From NCBI GenBank assembly GCA_030141605.1, contig JAQGDQ010001757.1:1-26544 (forward strand): 26,544 bases of DNA. The letters are read 5' to 3'. The stretch comes from Tubiluchus corallicola. Its lineage: Eukaryota > Animalia > Priapulida. Made by a program: the position numbers and the translations under genes. The notes below the pieces were generated by a model, which worked only from the letters and a program-made list of their open reading frames with translations, did no database searches and was not told the origin of the DNA. This document shows, piece after piece, positions 1 through 14,558 of this stretch; positions within the stretch are counted from its first letter, which is position 1; every line of letters starts with the position of its first letter.

Positions 1-1258
1 CTGCAGCCACAGTAACAGCTACTCTGACCAGGCTCAACAACACTGACTTTTGGCATAAGTCAGCATTTGCAAACCAACAAGCAGTTATACTTGCCATAAA
101 TCACTCAGTGTAATAAAAAATTGCGAAAAAAACGTTTTTTAGTATTTTCAAGCAGAAAAATGGTCAGAAGATAACATGTTCAAATTATATAGAAATTTGA
201 GTACTACCCAAGTTGTGCAAATATGAGGAAAGCGTCCAAAAAAGATGGCCATCTGTTGACCAAATGAATGGATATTTAGTCATGACTCTCTTTTGATTTA
301 AATGCATGATACTTTTGTTTTGCACAGCACTAAAGTTTATTAAGGTAGTCATTTAATATGAAATTCGAAATTCGACCAATATGACTGCAATTTTTGACAT
401 TTTCAATAATTTTCCATTGGCTCCATATCTAAAATTAATCAACTGGTTGGGTATTAGCATCGTGCAAATTTCATGATTTTAAGGCAAAGCAAGCATTTCG
501 TCATTTTGTGCAACACTTGCAGACATGTTGCCTGCCATTTTTAAATTGGGTGTAATCATAGGGGCATATAATCTTCAGACATGGCCTTGGAAACCTATAT
601 TTAGACACCAAAATCTTTATCCTGAATGCTTTGATAGCTAAGATGTAGCCCTTATAAGCTAGAAACAGCCATATTGTTAGCCATGTCAAAAATTGCAGTC
701 ATATTGGTCGAATTTCGAATTTCCATATTAAAATTGATCACCTTAATAAACTTTAGTGCTGTGCAAACAAAAGTATCATGCATTTAAATCAAAGAGAGCT
801 TTCTGGTGACTAAATATCCATTCATTTGGTCAACAGATGGCCATCTTTTTTGACGTCATATTTGCACAACTTGCAGTACTCAAATTTCTATATAATTTGA
901 ACATGTTATCTTCTGGACCATTTTCTGCTTGAAAATACTAAAAAACGTTTTTTTCGCAATTTTTTATTACACTGAGTGATTTATGGCAAGTATAACTGCT
1001 TGTTGGTTTGCAAATGCTGACTTATGCCAAAAGTCAGTGTTGTTGAGCCTGGTCAGAGTAGCTGTTACTGTGGCTGCAGTACCAAAACTTTGTTTTGCCA
1101 AGGCGTTTTCAGAAGCCTGTTCATGATATCTCAAAGCACCGAATAAATCCCATCTACTGAAAAAAACTAATACATATACCATGTAAAATAACACTGATAC
1201 TATTAACTATTGTTATTGATATATGGTATCCTAAACGAGTCTTCTTTGTTGCACCCTG
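1..1258. mobile_element. Foldback / long-TIR non-autonomous DNA transposon (MITE-like, possibly Tc1/mariner-type); left end outside the window
   Basis: 1-400 is the reverse complement of 683-1079 with only a few substitutions and small indels (ctgcagccacagtaacagc... vs ...gctgttactgtggctgcag); 282-bp spacer at 401-682. The right end at about 1258 is inferred from gttgcaccctg (reverse complement CAGGGTGCAAC, a common TIR start) and cannot be verified because the left arm is cut. Confidence 0.8.
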
Positions 1259-2244
1259 GATTAATCTATTCTACGTGACAAACTGAGTTCTAGTTTAAAT
1301 ATTTTTCAACAGTATTGCTTGTAAATTTTGCAATAAAAAAACAAAGATTCATTTGGATAGCATATAATCAGAAGCAAGAGTCAATAACATCAATTCTAAT
1401 CTTCGTGGTGTGAGTTTTAGAACCGTGTTATTAATAATTTGAGCTTATTTATTGAACTAGAGTATTCTTCGACTAGAGTCTCAAGATCGTCTTTGTAAGA
1501 CCAGCAAAGTTTTTGGGTTTCATGCTGCAATGTTGTAACAGTTTCATTGGCCAGACTGCAGGAAGAGGTTTATTTTCGTTTACGCAACCATCTAAGTACC
1601 AAGAGTGAATTCTATTTGGCACAAGCTGCTTAGTGTAGTTCTAGAGTAATAATTTCAATGTTACCAATTGTTAAAAATTGCAAAACTGCTGTCTCAATAA
1701 AAGAAACTCTTCGGAAGATTTTTCTCTGCTTGCCCTTTAATCTAAAGTTGTACTTATTTTGAATTGCCTGTTGAACCTGGCTTCGTTATATGAATTTAGT
1801 AGGTCAACCAATCAGAATTGAGCACGTTTTTTAGTCTACTCATTGGAAGCGAAGAAATCGCCACGTCTTTTACTTTTTCTATATTATTGAATTTAAGATA
1901 AAACATTTTGTGCTTACTTCAAAACAGAAACATTTCACATTACAAAGTGAGAACTCATCACTCAACTTAAAAAAATGAGGGATGTTGTTATAAGTAAGTT
2001 CTATATTAAATCAGGTAATTTTTTCTCTTCCAGAATAGCGTTATTTCTAAGCAGAAGTCTGAAACCTCTCACAGGACGTCAGTCTATGTGTAAGAAGAAG
2101 TTCGAATCAGAAAGCTGTTCCCTTGTAGTAAAGCAATTTTCTGGCTTACCCTAAAAATTCGCATGAAAACTAATTATGGTGCTTTCTTTTAGAAATTGGG
2201 CCACAGAATACGATATCCAAATCATTGCACTCAAAAAGGTTTAA

Positions 2245-2750
2245 TTATGACGTCAAGAAGATGGCCACCATTAGACTAAAGAAATGCACATCTGGTCTAC
2301 CAGAATAGTAAAAAATGCCCATTTTGACTCAAGAGTATGAAACCATGCAAAGTGCTAGAATCCATTAAAGGAATTAAATTTGAATATGGACTCAAATTTA
2401 TCCAATATGGCCGCAGTTTCCTAGCTGGCTGACAAAATGGATGTTGCTAGCTTAGAAGGGACATATCTCTGCTTTTAGTGCACAGAAGATAATATCTTGA
2501 TGTTTAAATATAGGTTTTCAATGTATATGAATCCATTATCTGGTGCTTAAATGCCACCACGATATTAGTGCATTTCAAGCTGGCTAAGATGGTTTCAAAT
2601 GTTTCATAAGATGATGGAATTGCTCGCATTGGGTTAAAAGCCTGAAATTTTGCACAATGCAATGGTTGGATGTGAAGCCAATTGAGAATTATCCAATATG
2701 GGCACAACATTCATGGTGGCCAACAAGATGGCTGTTGCTAGCTTATACCA
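2245..2750 (-). mobile_element. Older diverged copy of the same foldback family (part of arm plus reversed spacer)
   Basis: gacgtcaagaagatggcca...tccaatatggccgcag resembles arm 225-395; ggctgacaaaatggatgttgctagctt...tttaaatatagg is the diverged reverse complement of spacer 590-682; repeated CAANATGG motifs. Confidence 0.6.
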
Positions 2751-3789
2751 TATTTTAGGAATTGTGTACAAAGTCTTTCTGTTTTGTCAACTAACATTTA
2801 TGTACTGTCACAACGTAGCAAGGTTATGTTTAAATGCTTGTTTCTCAAATATGTTTCTCAAATGAACATTATAGGTACAATATTATATAATGCATTAGCC
2901 ATATTCCTACACTCTGCTTAATCTCTGGACCAGGAAAACGTCTCAGGCATGTAGCTTTTCATGAAATTGTGTATGATGTTTTCTCTTAAAAGAGTCAGTT
3001 CTGTCAAATTGAACTAGTTGAGATTAGATTTTAGATTTTTCCTTGAAAGGAAAAAGATGGTCTACATGGAAGCACCGAAGATATTTCATTTCTCAAAGCA
3101 TTGTCCCCACAGCTAAGCAACTGACTTAGCACCATTTCGCTTGCTAGCAACAACTTTAGCAAGTTGTTGATAATCTTTTGTTGCTTTGGAATACAAAGTC
3201 TAGTTAATTCAGTAAAATCTTTCTAGCCTGACTCATTGTGATGGTAATATTTTTTTACTAACTCAATTTTATTATAATGAGGGAACCGTTTTTATGACAA
3301 ATAAAGAATTAATATATATATTTACGGCAGGGATCAATCCCTGTGTCCCAACAGTTCTGCTTAATTCACAACCTGTTCGCTTTGCTCCAACATTGCATCT
3401 AATGACTATGTACATTTTGCACAATTATTACATACTGTGTCAACAATCACATTTATGCATGTGTTGGCTTTGCCATACTGGAATACACCATTACCTCTAG
3501 GAATATTGCTTAGAGACACCAAATGTTTCTGTTAACTCTTACTTACTTACCATGTAGACCATCTTTTATGAAAACTATTATGAAAAACTATATATCCGAG
3601 ACATTTCTTTGTTCCAGACATTACAGCTTTGCAATGTATGGATATTATATAATATTGTACCTGTAATATTCATTCAAGAAACCATATCAGCATTCATATG
3701 TAACCTTGCTACATTGTGACAATTCGTGCATGTTAGTTGACAAAACATGTAGTCTTTGTTCACAATTCCTAAAGGATATGGCACGTATA

Positions 3790-4040
3790 GCCATGTTTGA
3801 TGCTTCTAAGGCAAAGCAAGCATCTCCAACATTTTGTTTAATATTTGCAACCATCTTATCTGTCATTTCGAAATTGGGTCATATTATAGGTGCGTTTAAG
3901 CAACAGATATGGATTCAATGATCTTCAAATGCTATATTTAGATGCCAAAATCATTATTCTGTATGCTTTTATAGCTAAGATATAGTCCTTAAAACCTAAC
4001 AACAGCCAATTGTCAGCCAAATTGAACGAATTTCGATTCG
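3790..4040 (+). mobile_element. Diverged fragment homologous to the foldback spacer
   Basis: taaggcaaagcaagcat...aaattggg...ctatatttagatgccaaaatc...atagctaagat...aacagcca...gtcagcca is collinear with 480-684. Confidence 0.7.
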
Positions 4041-4689
4041 AAGAACGAATTACTGCCATAAGAGGCAAACAGCAACTAACCAAACAACATGTGCTGAAGC
4101 ATGTCTTCTATTGTAGTGGTAAAAATACCTTAAATAAATAGTTGTCCCCCACTGTAGCCCTAACGATACACTCATATTTTACTTATTGTGCTAGTTTTTT
4201 TCTGTGCCATTTTCACCTACTGTTCCACTTGTGCCATTTTCTCCCTGTGTCATTTTTACCTACATTCAACACCTACCTACAAGCATGGCTGAGCTTGGTG
4301 CAAATCCATTCACAAGCGCTAATATTATAACGAAATCCAAGAACAAAAATTTTCTTTTCGATTGTTTTTTTTACAAAAAAATGTTTCTCTCAGTTCTTGG
4401 GATGTCGGAAATATTAAAATATTTGTGTTACTCGGAGGTGTAATCTTGTAAACAAACAAATTTCATCATTGTGTAGGTTATTCTAAATTTTGTCCACCGA
4501 ATTCTAAAATGTGTCATGTGACCTAAACAATGTGCATTCATTCTATAACCCTAAACGCACATGTGTTAACAGCTTAACACCATCACTTTGGGAGCAGAAA
4601 TCATGACATAATATCATGCGTTATTGCTTATTTAACACATATTTATTTATTTATTTATTTACATATTTATTTAGTTAACACATACGCTA

Positions 4690-5700
4690 GTCGTTTCACA
4701 TAGGCTCAACAGTGTGCAAAATGTTTTTCTTGTTGCTTTTTTGGGGCATGGTGTGAATTGGTTTTTTATATTACGGTGTCAAAATAGATCACAATTTGTG
4801 TAAAACTGTGAAATATCTTAACTGAACGATGAAAGGGTATCTTCTAAAACATAGCATGTTACTTCAAGTTTGTGGACTTCACAAATCTGTTTGAGGGAAA
4901 CAGATAACTGTGCACGTCCTTGCATGTGCGCCCATACCAGGACTTTTATACAACATTCTTCTTTTTTTTCATCTTCTTCATTTTGTAGATTTAATGCAAC
5001 TATCTTCTTTAATACACTCCACCTTATCTAACTGTCGCGCTTGATCTTTTTTGTTTGCTTAGCGATGTTTAGTACATACTGTGTTTCATTTCAAAGTTTG
5101 TTTTGTTTGCATAATATTTATTTCATTTTATTGTATCTTTTACTCTCATGGCAATATTATTATTTGCGTTTTATTCTAATGCCTTTTGTTTTACTTCTCT
5201 TACTGTTTAGACTTTCTTTTATTCGATCTTCTTCAATATTATTGCGATTTTTTGCTTTCTCGTTCCTAGATTTAATTCTCTCCTATCTGTGTAAACGTTG
5301 AGATATTGTCCTATTAAATAATGTCCTCTTCTCCATATTGTTTGTTTTTTTCTCGCTGAGTACCTTAAATGCCTTTCCTCGGCTTATGGTCAGTATCGTA
5401 CTACAGCCTGTTTAAGCAATTGAAAAGTAACAAGTGATTTCAGTGGAGTCAGACATCTCCTTATTGACTGTATCGGTCAGTGAGCATTCGATCTTCACGT
5501 GTACAGACAGGACATCTCGTGATGCTGCTATTCTCTGATATTCTCTTACTGCTCGTGGCATTCATTTCATTAATCTTTGTCCATTATTTCAAATCATCTA
5601 ATCATTTCATATTCTGTCTTTGTCTAATTTTTCTTCCTTCTATATTTCTCCTTTGCCAATTCTAAACTTTTCTTATTCTTGTTTTTTTTCTTGTCAGCAA
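4690..5700 (-). pseudogene. Possible decayed transposon ORF (K/R/E-rich region followed by Cys/His motifs; resembles a Helitron RepHel N-terminus)
   Basis: The plus strand is strongly T/C-skewed, so the minus strand reads as K/R/E-rich peptide, followed by broken fragments such as GRTCKDVHSYLF and FC..HC*AYVKR. Many stops and frameshifts; resemblance judged by eye only. Confidence 0.2.
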
Positions 5701-6017
5701 ATGTTAAACATGCGTGTGCAACATGGTGTTTCTAAACGATATCTTTAGTCTCTGGTGACTTAGTTGTGTCTGCATTCAGTGTACATGACTGATTTTTGCG
5801 AAGATTCTCTGTTACCTTAATGGATTTTGTCCCAACCCTGTATGAAAAAACTACCCATACACTACTTATTTCTTGGTTTTTATGCTAATTTTTGTAATTT
5901 GGATACTAATAATAGAAACTTTATAACCTTCCTAAACATCTCAATCGTGTAAACAAGATGGACATACTGAACAAAAGTACCAAGCCAAAAAATTTTTTCT
6001 AATTAAAAAAATAATTT

Positions 6018-6034
6018 GGGACTAAAAGGGTTAA
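6018..6034. mobile_element. piggyBac-like terminus (right end)
   Basis: gggactaaaaggg followed by TTAA (reverse complement TTAA-CCCTTTTAGTCCC); matching end not found. Confidence 0.4.
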
Positions 6035-6571
6035 CTTCTCCTCACATTTGCCATCATTTGATATCTTGCAGCTTGCTCCACATATAACAAAAAAGCTTCT
6101 CACCATTGCAATTAATTTCTCTGCTTTCTTTGGTCTCTCTCTCTCTCTGTCTTTAAAAAGAAATGTACTAATATTTCTGTTGAGGTTTTGCTTTTTGCAA
6201 ATAACGCTGTATTATCGTTGTTTTTGATGTTGAAAAGCGTTAACGAAAGAGATTATTCCAAGCACGAAAACATGTCTCTGGCTATGCTGAAGAGTATAGC
6301 AAATGGCGGCCATCCAGCTAGTGGCAATATTGTATTCCCTGGTATTTCCTATTCTAAGTTGTAGGCTATGGTATTTGCATGTCTAAAACTTTTTATTTGA
6401 TTTTGGTTAAAAAAACTGGTGTCTTTGCCGCGATCAGACAGACAATAAGTTTTGCATTTAGTCATCAGAACAGAAAAATGATGATTTTAAAAGTTTGCAT
6501 TTTGGTTGAAGAACTCCCACCATATCGCATCTCCTTCAGTTGATGTTCTACTTGCTCTCGGGAAAGTCTTT

Positions 6572-6590
6572 TTAACACTAGAACTGCAGA
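6572..6590. mobile_element. piggyBac-like terminus (left end)
   Basis: TTAA-CACTAGAACTG resembles piggyBac TIR starts; matching downstream end not found. Confidence 0.3.
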
Positions 6591-6869
6591 AAATTCAACA
6601 CTATTAGAACCTTAAACTGAAGCTGTATCTGAAGCTGTCAAATTCCTCCTCAAAAATTGCTCTTAGAAATGATAATTAACTGGAAATAAAATGCGTCTGA
6701 AGATTAAAATTTCCTAAGTCGTGCTTTATGTCGTATTACAACATTTATTTGCAATTCTTACAACAATTACAAGAGCATGTTTGATATACATTATGCAACA
6801 TACGCTGTGACGTTTTACAGAGATGGTTTAATAAAGAACGTTATACCCTGTAGAAATAGAACTGTGTAA

Positions 6870-7080
6870 TGAATTAATAAGTAATATAGACAAGCAGATA
6901 ATCAAACAAAGAAGAAATGGATGAATGAATGAATAATAGAATGACTAAATAAATAAGAGAGCAAATAAGTAAATAAACGAACGAATAAACGATCTAGCCA
7001 ACTAGCCTAATAAAAAATATATGAACAACGAACACAAAGACAAACAATATAACAAACGAACAGATTGACAGACAAACACA
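6870..7080. repeat. Degenerate A-rich tetranucleotide low-complexity tract
   Basis: Runs of GAAT/AAAT/AAAC/GAAC/AGAC units. Confidence 0.7.
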
Positions 7081-7700
7081 TACTTTTTAAATTTGAATTT
7101 TCACCTTAAAACTTGCCTAGCTTTAGTACAACATACGGAATATTTTGCAGTTGTACTGTATTACATTTTTCACTCTTGCAAATATGTGCAACAAGTTTGC
7201 AGAATACTATTGCTGTTGATAATTTGGATAGTTTGTGATGTCATCAATAGTTGGGTTCGCCTGCCGTTGATTAAGTTTTTTATCTGTCACTTAATTATTA
7301 GAAACGCTTTTGCAGTATTAATTGTGTTAAAATGTACAAATTTTTGGACTTGAAAATGGGGTAGCGCATGAAAAACCAACCAGTTTTCGTTTGCTCGTGC
7401 CCTCACAAAGATATTATTACCACCTGTGTATTACTACACTAGATCAATCTACATTACTAAGGTAAAAAGTCTAAATAATTTTGCATAACTCTGGGAAATC
7501 TTGGACACCTCCTCTGTGATTCGAAACCAACAACTTTGGCTTCCAGGCAGGCCTGTAGCTAAAGTTAAAGTTAATTTGCTGACGTTTTGTCACCCACCTT
7601 CACACTTGCAGGGAAAAATGACTGTTTTTCTCGTTGAATTCCTTAAAGGTGAAAAATGCTATACTTACTTGTTTTATGCGTCTTATTTTCTGTTTCTTAG

Positions 7701-8115
7701 ATGTTGGTAATTAGCCAATGGTGACACTTCATCACTGGAATATTCCACAAGCTTTATAGGACAAGTATAGAGGTTGGCTGTATGATGAAATGAATAACGA
7801 TTTTAAAGACTTTGTGGATGTTTGTTTTGAAAAGTTTGGAGATCGCGTAAGTCTTGAAGCAAAATTTAGCTTTCACAGTTTTTAACTTGTTGTAACTAAT
7901 AAAAGTTACATTAAAATTCTGAGTAAGCTTTTTCATTTATTTTGCTTTCGAGATTCTTCAAATTATAATTACTTTCAAAATGAAACAGAAACTCTTTTTT
8001 TTAATCACTATTTCAATGTACAAGTGATGAATGTTTTGCAGAATGTTATAGTTTAGAAATAGTTTAGAAACACCTTTGAAAATATTGTTTTGAAAAAGCA
8101 ATTTATAATTAGATG

Positions 8116-8214
<99 letters not shown>

Positions 8215-9234
8215 CAATATTATCAACAATGAAGTTGCCTTTGGCCAATAATGTCAGAAAGAGCAAACATGTTATTTTATGTAAAAGATCGACTTTAAAT
8301 AAATTTTATCTATATTATCTTTTTATCTTATCGCCAACATTAATTTTTATAGGTAAAATTCTGGATAACCTTGAATGAGCCATGAATCATAGCGTTGCTT
8401 CATTATGACAATAACTGGGTAGATACTCAAGAGCATGAAAGTTCAGGTGTTGATACTTACATTGCAGGATAAAATTTGTTGAAAGCTCATGCAGAGGCTT
8501 ACCATCTGTACAAGGACAAATATAAAGATGAACAGAAAGGTATCAGTAATTAACTTAGCTGTTTTTATAAATGCAGCTTAAAATTCATAGATACTTTGTA
8601 TATATTGTATACTTACATTTTAAATGTAATATAAAAAGCATTGGAACTGAAGTATACGGTGCAACTAAAGTAACTGTTGCTCATAAGTTAATTTCTTCTG
8701 CTATGCTCATAGCATTGCAATGCATTGTTAATTTGTAATAATTATTACATAACTTAAATTTTTGTAATGTGCCAAATCGATCAATAAACAAATATAAAAT
8801 CTAAAACAAATTTAATTCAGTTGGACTTTAACATGTTTTCTATAGAAATTACTGAAAATTATTGTACTGTTGTTCTAGGATTTTAAAATTGTAAACACAG
8901 TATTTCTAAACAAGTCAATAGGCTGTCGTTCGGAATCCAGTGGAATTTAATGGCAAGTCTATTTTGATGGTGGATTGCAGTGGCAAGACTGGAACCGACT
9001 TAATTATCAAGAATAACCCTCTAAGACGAGATACTGAACCAGCAGACTTGTGTTAATCATGCAAACAGGCAAAATCAACATTACTACTGATAATTAAATG
9101 AATTATATTAAGAAAATTTTTATAATAGGTATAATTGGCATTATGCTGAATTCAGCTTGGACTGAACCACGTGACCCTGACAAAGCAGGAGACAGAGAAG
9201 CTGCTTTCAGAGCACGAGAGTTTACACTGGGATG
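7701..9234 (+). pseudogene. GH1 (lactase-phlorizin hydrolase/beta-glucosidase-like) three-exon fragment, copy 1: exons 7701-7846, 8353-8539, 9129-9234
   Basis: Spliced translation ...PMVTLHHWNIPQAL*DKYRGWL...DFVDVCFEKFGDR|VKFWITLNEP*...AG*NLLKAHAEAYHLYKDKYKDEQK|GIIGIMLNSAWTEPRDP...FTLGW matches the GH1 core; AG acceptors, GT donors on the first two exons, compatible phases; stops at 7712, 7757, 8383, 8470. Confidence 0.92.
8117..8214. repeat. (ATT)n microsatellite, unit 1
   Basis: About 98 bp of ATT with one interruption, in the intron between exons A and B. Confidence 0.98.
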
Positions 9235-9401
9235 GCATGTGCTATAGATACATGTAGATATATTAATAGAAAAAACAATTTAAAGTAGGATTTCTTAAAA
9301 GCGTTAATGCAAGATGGATCAGTTTTGACTACTGGCTAAACTTTAAGACCTAAAAAGTTTGAGTTAGGATAACAAATGGATATCCTTCAGATCGTAAGCG
9401 A

Positions 9402-9545
9402 GTTTATGCTTCGATGGTAAATGCTGTTTTCAGAGTGCACATGTTTATGCCTTGATGGTAAATGCTGTATTTATCGTGAAAGTGTTTATGCCATGATGGT
9501 GAATAGTATTTTCATGTGGAAAGAGTTTCTGCTGGCATAGTAGAG
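9402..9545. repeat. Degenerate 41-bp minisatellite inside the tandem unit (also 12104-12205 and 14726-14825)
   Basis: gtttatgc-like anchor at 9402, 9443, 9484, 9525; only three anchors in unit 2 (12104, 12145, 12186) and unit 3 (14726, 14767, 14808). Confidence 0.8.
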
Positions 9546-10336
9546 TCATGTTGCAACACGAGAAATGAAACCGAAAGCCGTTCCATAATTGCACATAATT
9601 CGCAAAGCCTGAGCGGATACAAATCCACACCCATATGTATTTCCAGGGACTGTCGAGATAGTAGAAAAATTAAAAGGAATAAACAAATTTCAACTAAACT
9701 TCAGTGGTATGTTTTTTGAAATGAGGCATCTCTTAAACAACAAAAGGGAAAAACTTGCCTATTTTTTGTCCAACGCACTGAATATCATGCAGTAGTACTG
9801 TATTACATTTTTCACTCTTGCAAATATGTGCAACAAGTTTGCAGAATACTATTGCTGTTGAAAATTTGGATAGTTTGTGATGTCATCAATAGTTGGGCGC
9901 GCCTGCCGTTGATTAAGTTTTTAATCTGTCATTTAATTATTAGAAACGCTTTTGCAGTATTAATTGTGTTAAAATGTACAAATTTTTGGACTTGAAAATG
10001 GGGTAGCGCATGAAAAACCAACCAGTTTTCGTTTGCTCGTACCCTCACAAAGATATTATTACCACCTGTGTATTACTACACTAGATCAATGTACATTACT
10101 AAAGTAAAAAGTCTAAATAATTTTGCATAACTCTGGGAAATCTTGGACACCTCCTCTGTGATTCGAAACCAACAACTTTGGCTTCCAGGCAGGCCTGTAG
10201 CTAAAGTTAGTTTGCTGACGTTTTGTCACCCACCTTCACACTTGCAGGGAAAAATGACTGTTTTTCTCGTTGAATTCCTTAAAGGTGAAAAATGCTCTAC
10301 TTACTTGTTTTATGCGTCTTATTTTCTGTTTCTTAG

Positions 10337-11936
<1,600 letters not shown>

Positions 11937-12986
11937 GCAAATGCTATAGATACATGTAGATAGATTAATAGAAAAAACAATTTAAAGTAGGATTTCTTAA
12001 AAGCGTTAATGCAAGATGGATCAGTTTTTTCTACTGGCTAAACTTTGAGACCTAAAAAGTTTAAGTTAGGATAACAAGTGGATATCCTTCAGATCGTAAG
12101 AGAGTTTATGCTTCGATAGTAAATGCTGTTTTTATCGTGAAAGTGTTTATGCCATGATGGTGAATAGTATTTTAAAGTGGAAAGGGTTTATGCTGGCATA
12201 GTCGAGTCATGTCGCAACAAAAGAAATGAAATCGAAAGCCGTTCCATAATTGCACATAATTCGCAAAGTCTGAGCGGATACAAATCCACACCCATATGTC
12301 TTTCCAGGGACTGTCAAGATAGTAGAAAAATTAAAATGAATAAACAAATTTAAACTAAACATCAGTTGCATGTTGTTTGAAATGAGGCATCTCTTAAACA
12401 ACAAAGGGGTAAAACTTTCCTATCTTTTGTCCAACGCACTGATTATCTTGCAGTAGTACTGTATTACATTTCTCACTCTCGCAAACATGTGCAACAAGTT
12501 TGCAGAATACTATTTTTGGATAGTTTGTGATGTCATCAATAGTTGGGCGCTCCTGCCGTTGATTAAGTTTTTAATCTGTCATTTAATTATTAGAAACGCT
12601 TTTGCAGTATTAATTGTGTTAAAATGTACACATTTTTGGAATTGAAAATGGGGTAGCGCATGAAAAACCAACCAGTTTTCGTTTGCGTGTGCCCTCACAA
12701 GGATATTATTGCTACATGTGTATTACTACACTAGATCAATCTACATTACGAAGGTAAAAAGTCTAAATAATTTTACATAACTCTGGGAAATCTTGGACAC
12801 CTCCTCTGTGATTCGAAACCAACAACTTTGGCTTCCAGGCAGACCTGTAGCTAAAGTTAGTTTGCTGACGTTTTGTCACCCACCGTCACACTTGCAGGGA
12901 AAAATGACTGTTTTTCTCGTTAAATTTCTTTACAGTGAAAAATGCTCTACTTACTTGTTTTATACATCTTATTATCTGTTTCTTAG

Positions 12987-13438
12987 ATGTTGGTATTCAG
13001 CCAATGGTGACACTTCATCACTGGGATATTCCACAAGTTTTGCAGGAAAAGTATGAAGTTTGGCTGTTTTATGAAATGATTAAAGATTTTAAAGACTTTG
13101 CAGATATTTGTTTTGAAAAGTTTGGAGATCGCCTAAGACTTGAAGCAAAATTTAGCTTTCACAGTTTTTAATTTGTCGTAGTCTAATAAAAATTATTTTA
13201 AATATCTGAGTATGCTTTTTCATTTATGTTGCTTTCGAGAATCTTCAAAGTCAAATTACTTTCAAAATGAAACTCTGACTTTTAATCACTATTTCAAAGT
13301 ATAAGTGGAGAATGTTTTGCAGAATTTTATATTTTTAGATAGGCTTCATTATATTACAGTTTTTTTGGTATATTACCTAAATCTTTTAATGTACACCTTT
13401 GAAAATATTGTTTTGAAAGAGCAATTTACAATTAGATG

Positions 13439-13519
<81 letters not shown>

Positions 13520-14558
13520 CAATATTATTATTGTTATCAATATTATCACCAATGAATTTGCCTTTGGACAATAATGTAAGAAAGAGCAAACATGTTATTT
13601 TATGTAAAAGACCGACTTTAAATAAATTTTACGTTATATTATCTTTTTATCTTATCGCCAACATTAATTTTTATAGGTAAAATTCTGGATAACCTTGAAT
13701 GAACCGTAGATCATAATGCTGCTTCATTATGGCAAAAACTGGGTAGATACTCAAGAGTATGAAAGTTCAGGTGTTGATACTTACATTGCAGGACACAATT
13801 TGTTGAAAGCTCATGCAGAGGCTTACCATGTGTACAAGGACAAATATAAAGATGAACAGAAAAGTATCAATAATTAACTAAGCTGTTTTTATAAATGCAG
13901 CTTGAAATTCATAGATACTTTGTATATATTGTATACTTACATTTTAAATGTGATATAAAAAGCATTGGAACTGAAGTATATGGTGCAACTAAAGTAACAG
14001 TTGCTCTTAAGTTAATTTCTTCTGCTATGCTTATAGCATTGCAATGCATTGTTAATTTGTAATAATTATTACATAACTTGAAATTTTGCAATGTGCCAAA
14101 TGGATCTATAAACAAATCTAAAATCTAAAACAAATTTAATTCAGTTGGACTTTAACATGTTTTCTGTAGAAATTACTGAAAATTATTGTACTGTTGTTCT
14201 AGGATTTTAAAATTGTAAACACAGTATTTCTAAACAAGTCAATAGGCTGTCGTTTGGAATTCAGTGGAATTTAATAGCAAGTCTATTTTGCAGGTGGATT
14301 GCAGTGGCAAGACTGGAACCGACCTGATTATCAAGAATAACCCTCTAAGCTGAGATACTGAACCAGCAGACTTGTGTTAATCATGCAAACAGGCAAAATC
14401 AACATTGCTACTGATAATTAAGTGAATTATGTTAAGAAAATTTTTATAATAGGTATAATTGGCATTACGCTGAATTCAGCTTGGACTGAACCACGTGACC
14501 CTGACAAAGCAGAAGACAGAGAAGCTACTTTCAGAGCACAAGAGTTTACGCTGGGATT
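12987..14558 (+). pseudogene. GH1 three-exon fragment, copy 3: exons 12987-13132, 13677-13863, 14453-14558
   Basis: Exon A open ([22 protein letters not shown]...DFADICFEKFGDR) but donor is CTAAGA; exon B TLNEP followed by TAG at 13707, with HNLLKAH intact; exon C donor lost. Confidence 0.92.
13440..13519. repeat. (ATT)n microsatellite, unit 3
   Basis: About 80 bp of pure ATT. Confidence 0.98.

Noticed and set aside
9445-9630. Minus-strand MWICIRSG ORF with faint resemblance to an inward-rectifier K+ channel pore segment
   Set aside because: It overlaps a 41-bp (non-triplet) minisatellite that varies in copy number, and has no GYG filter.
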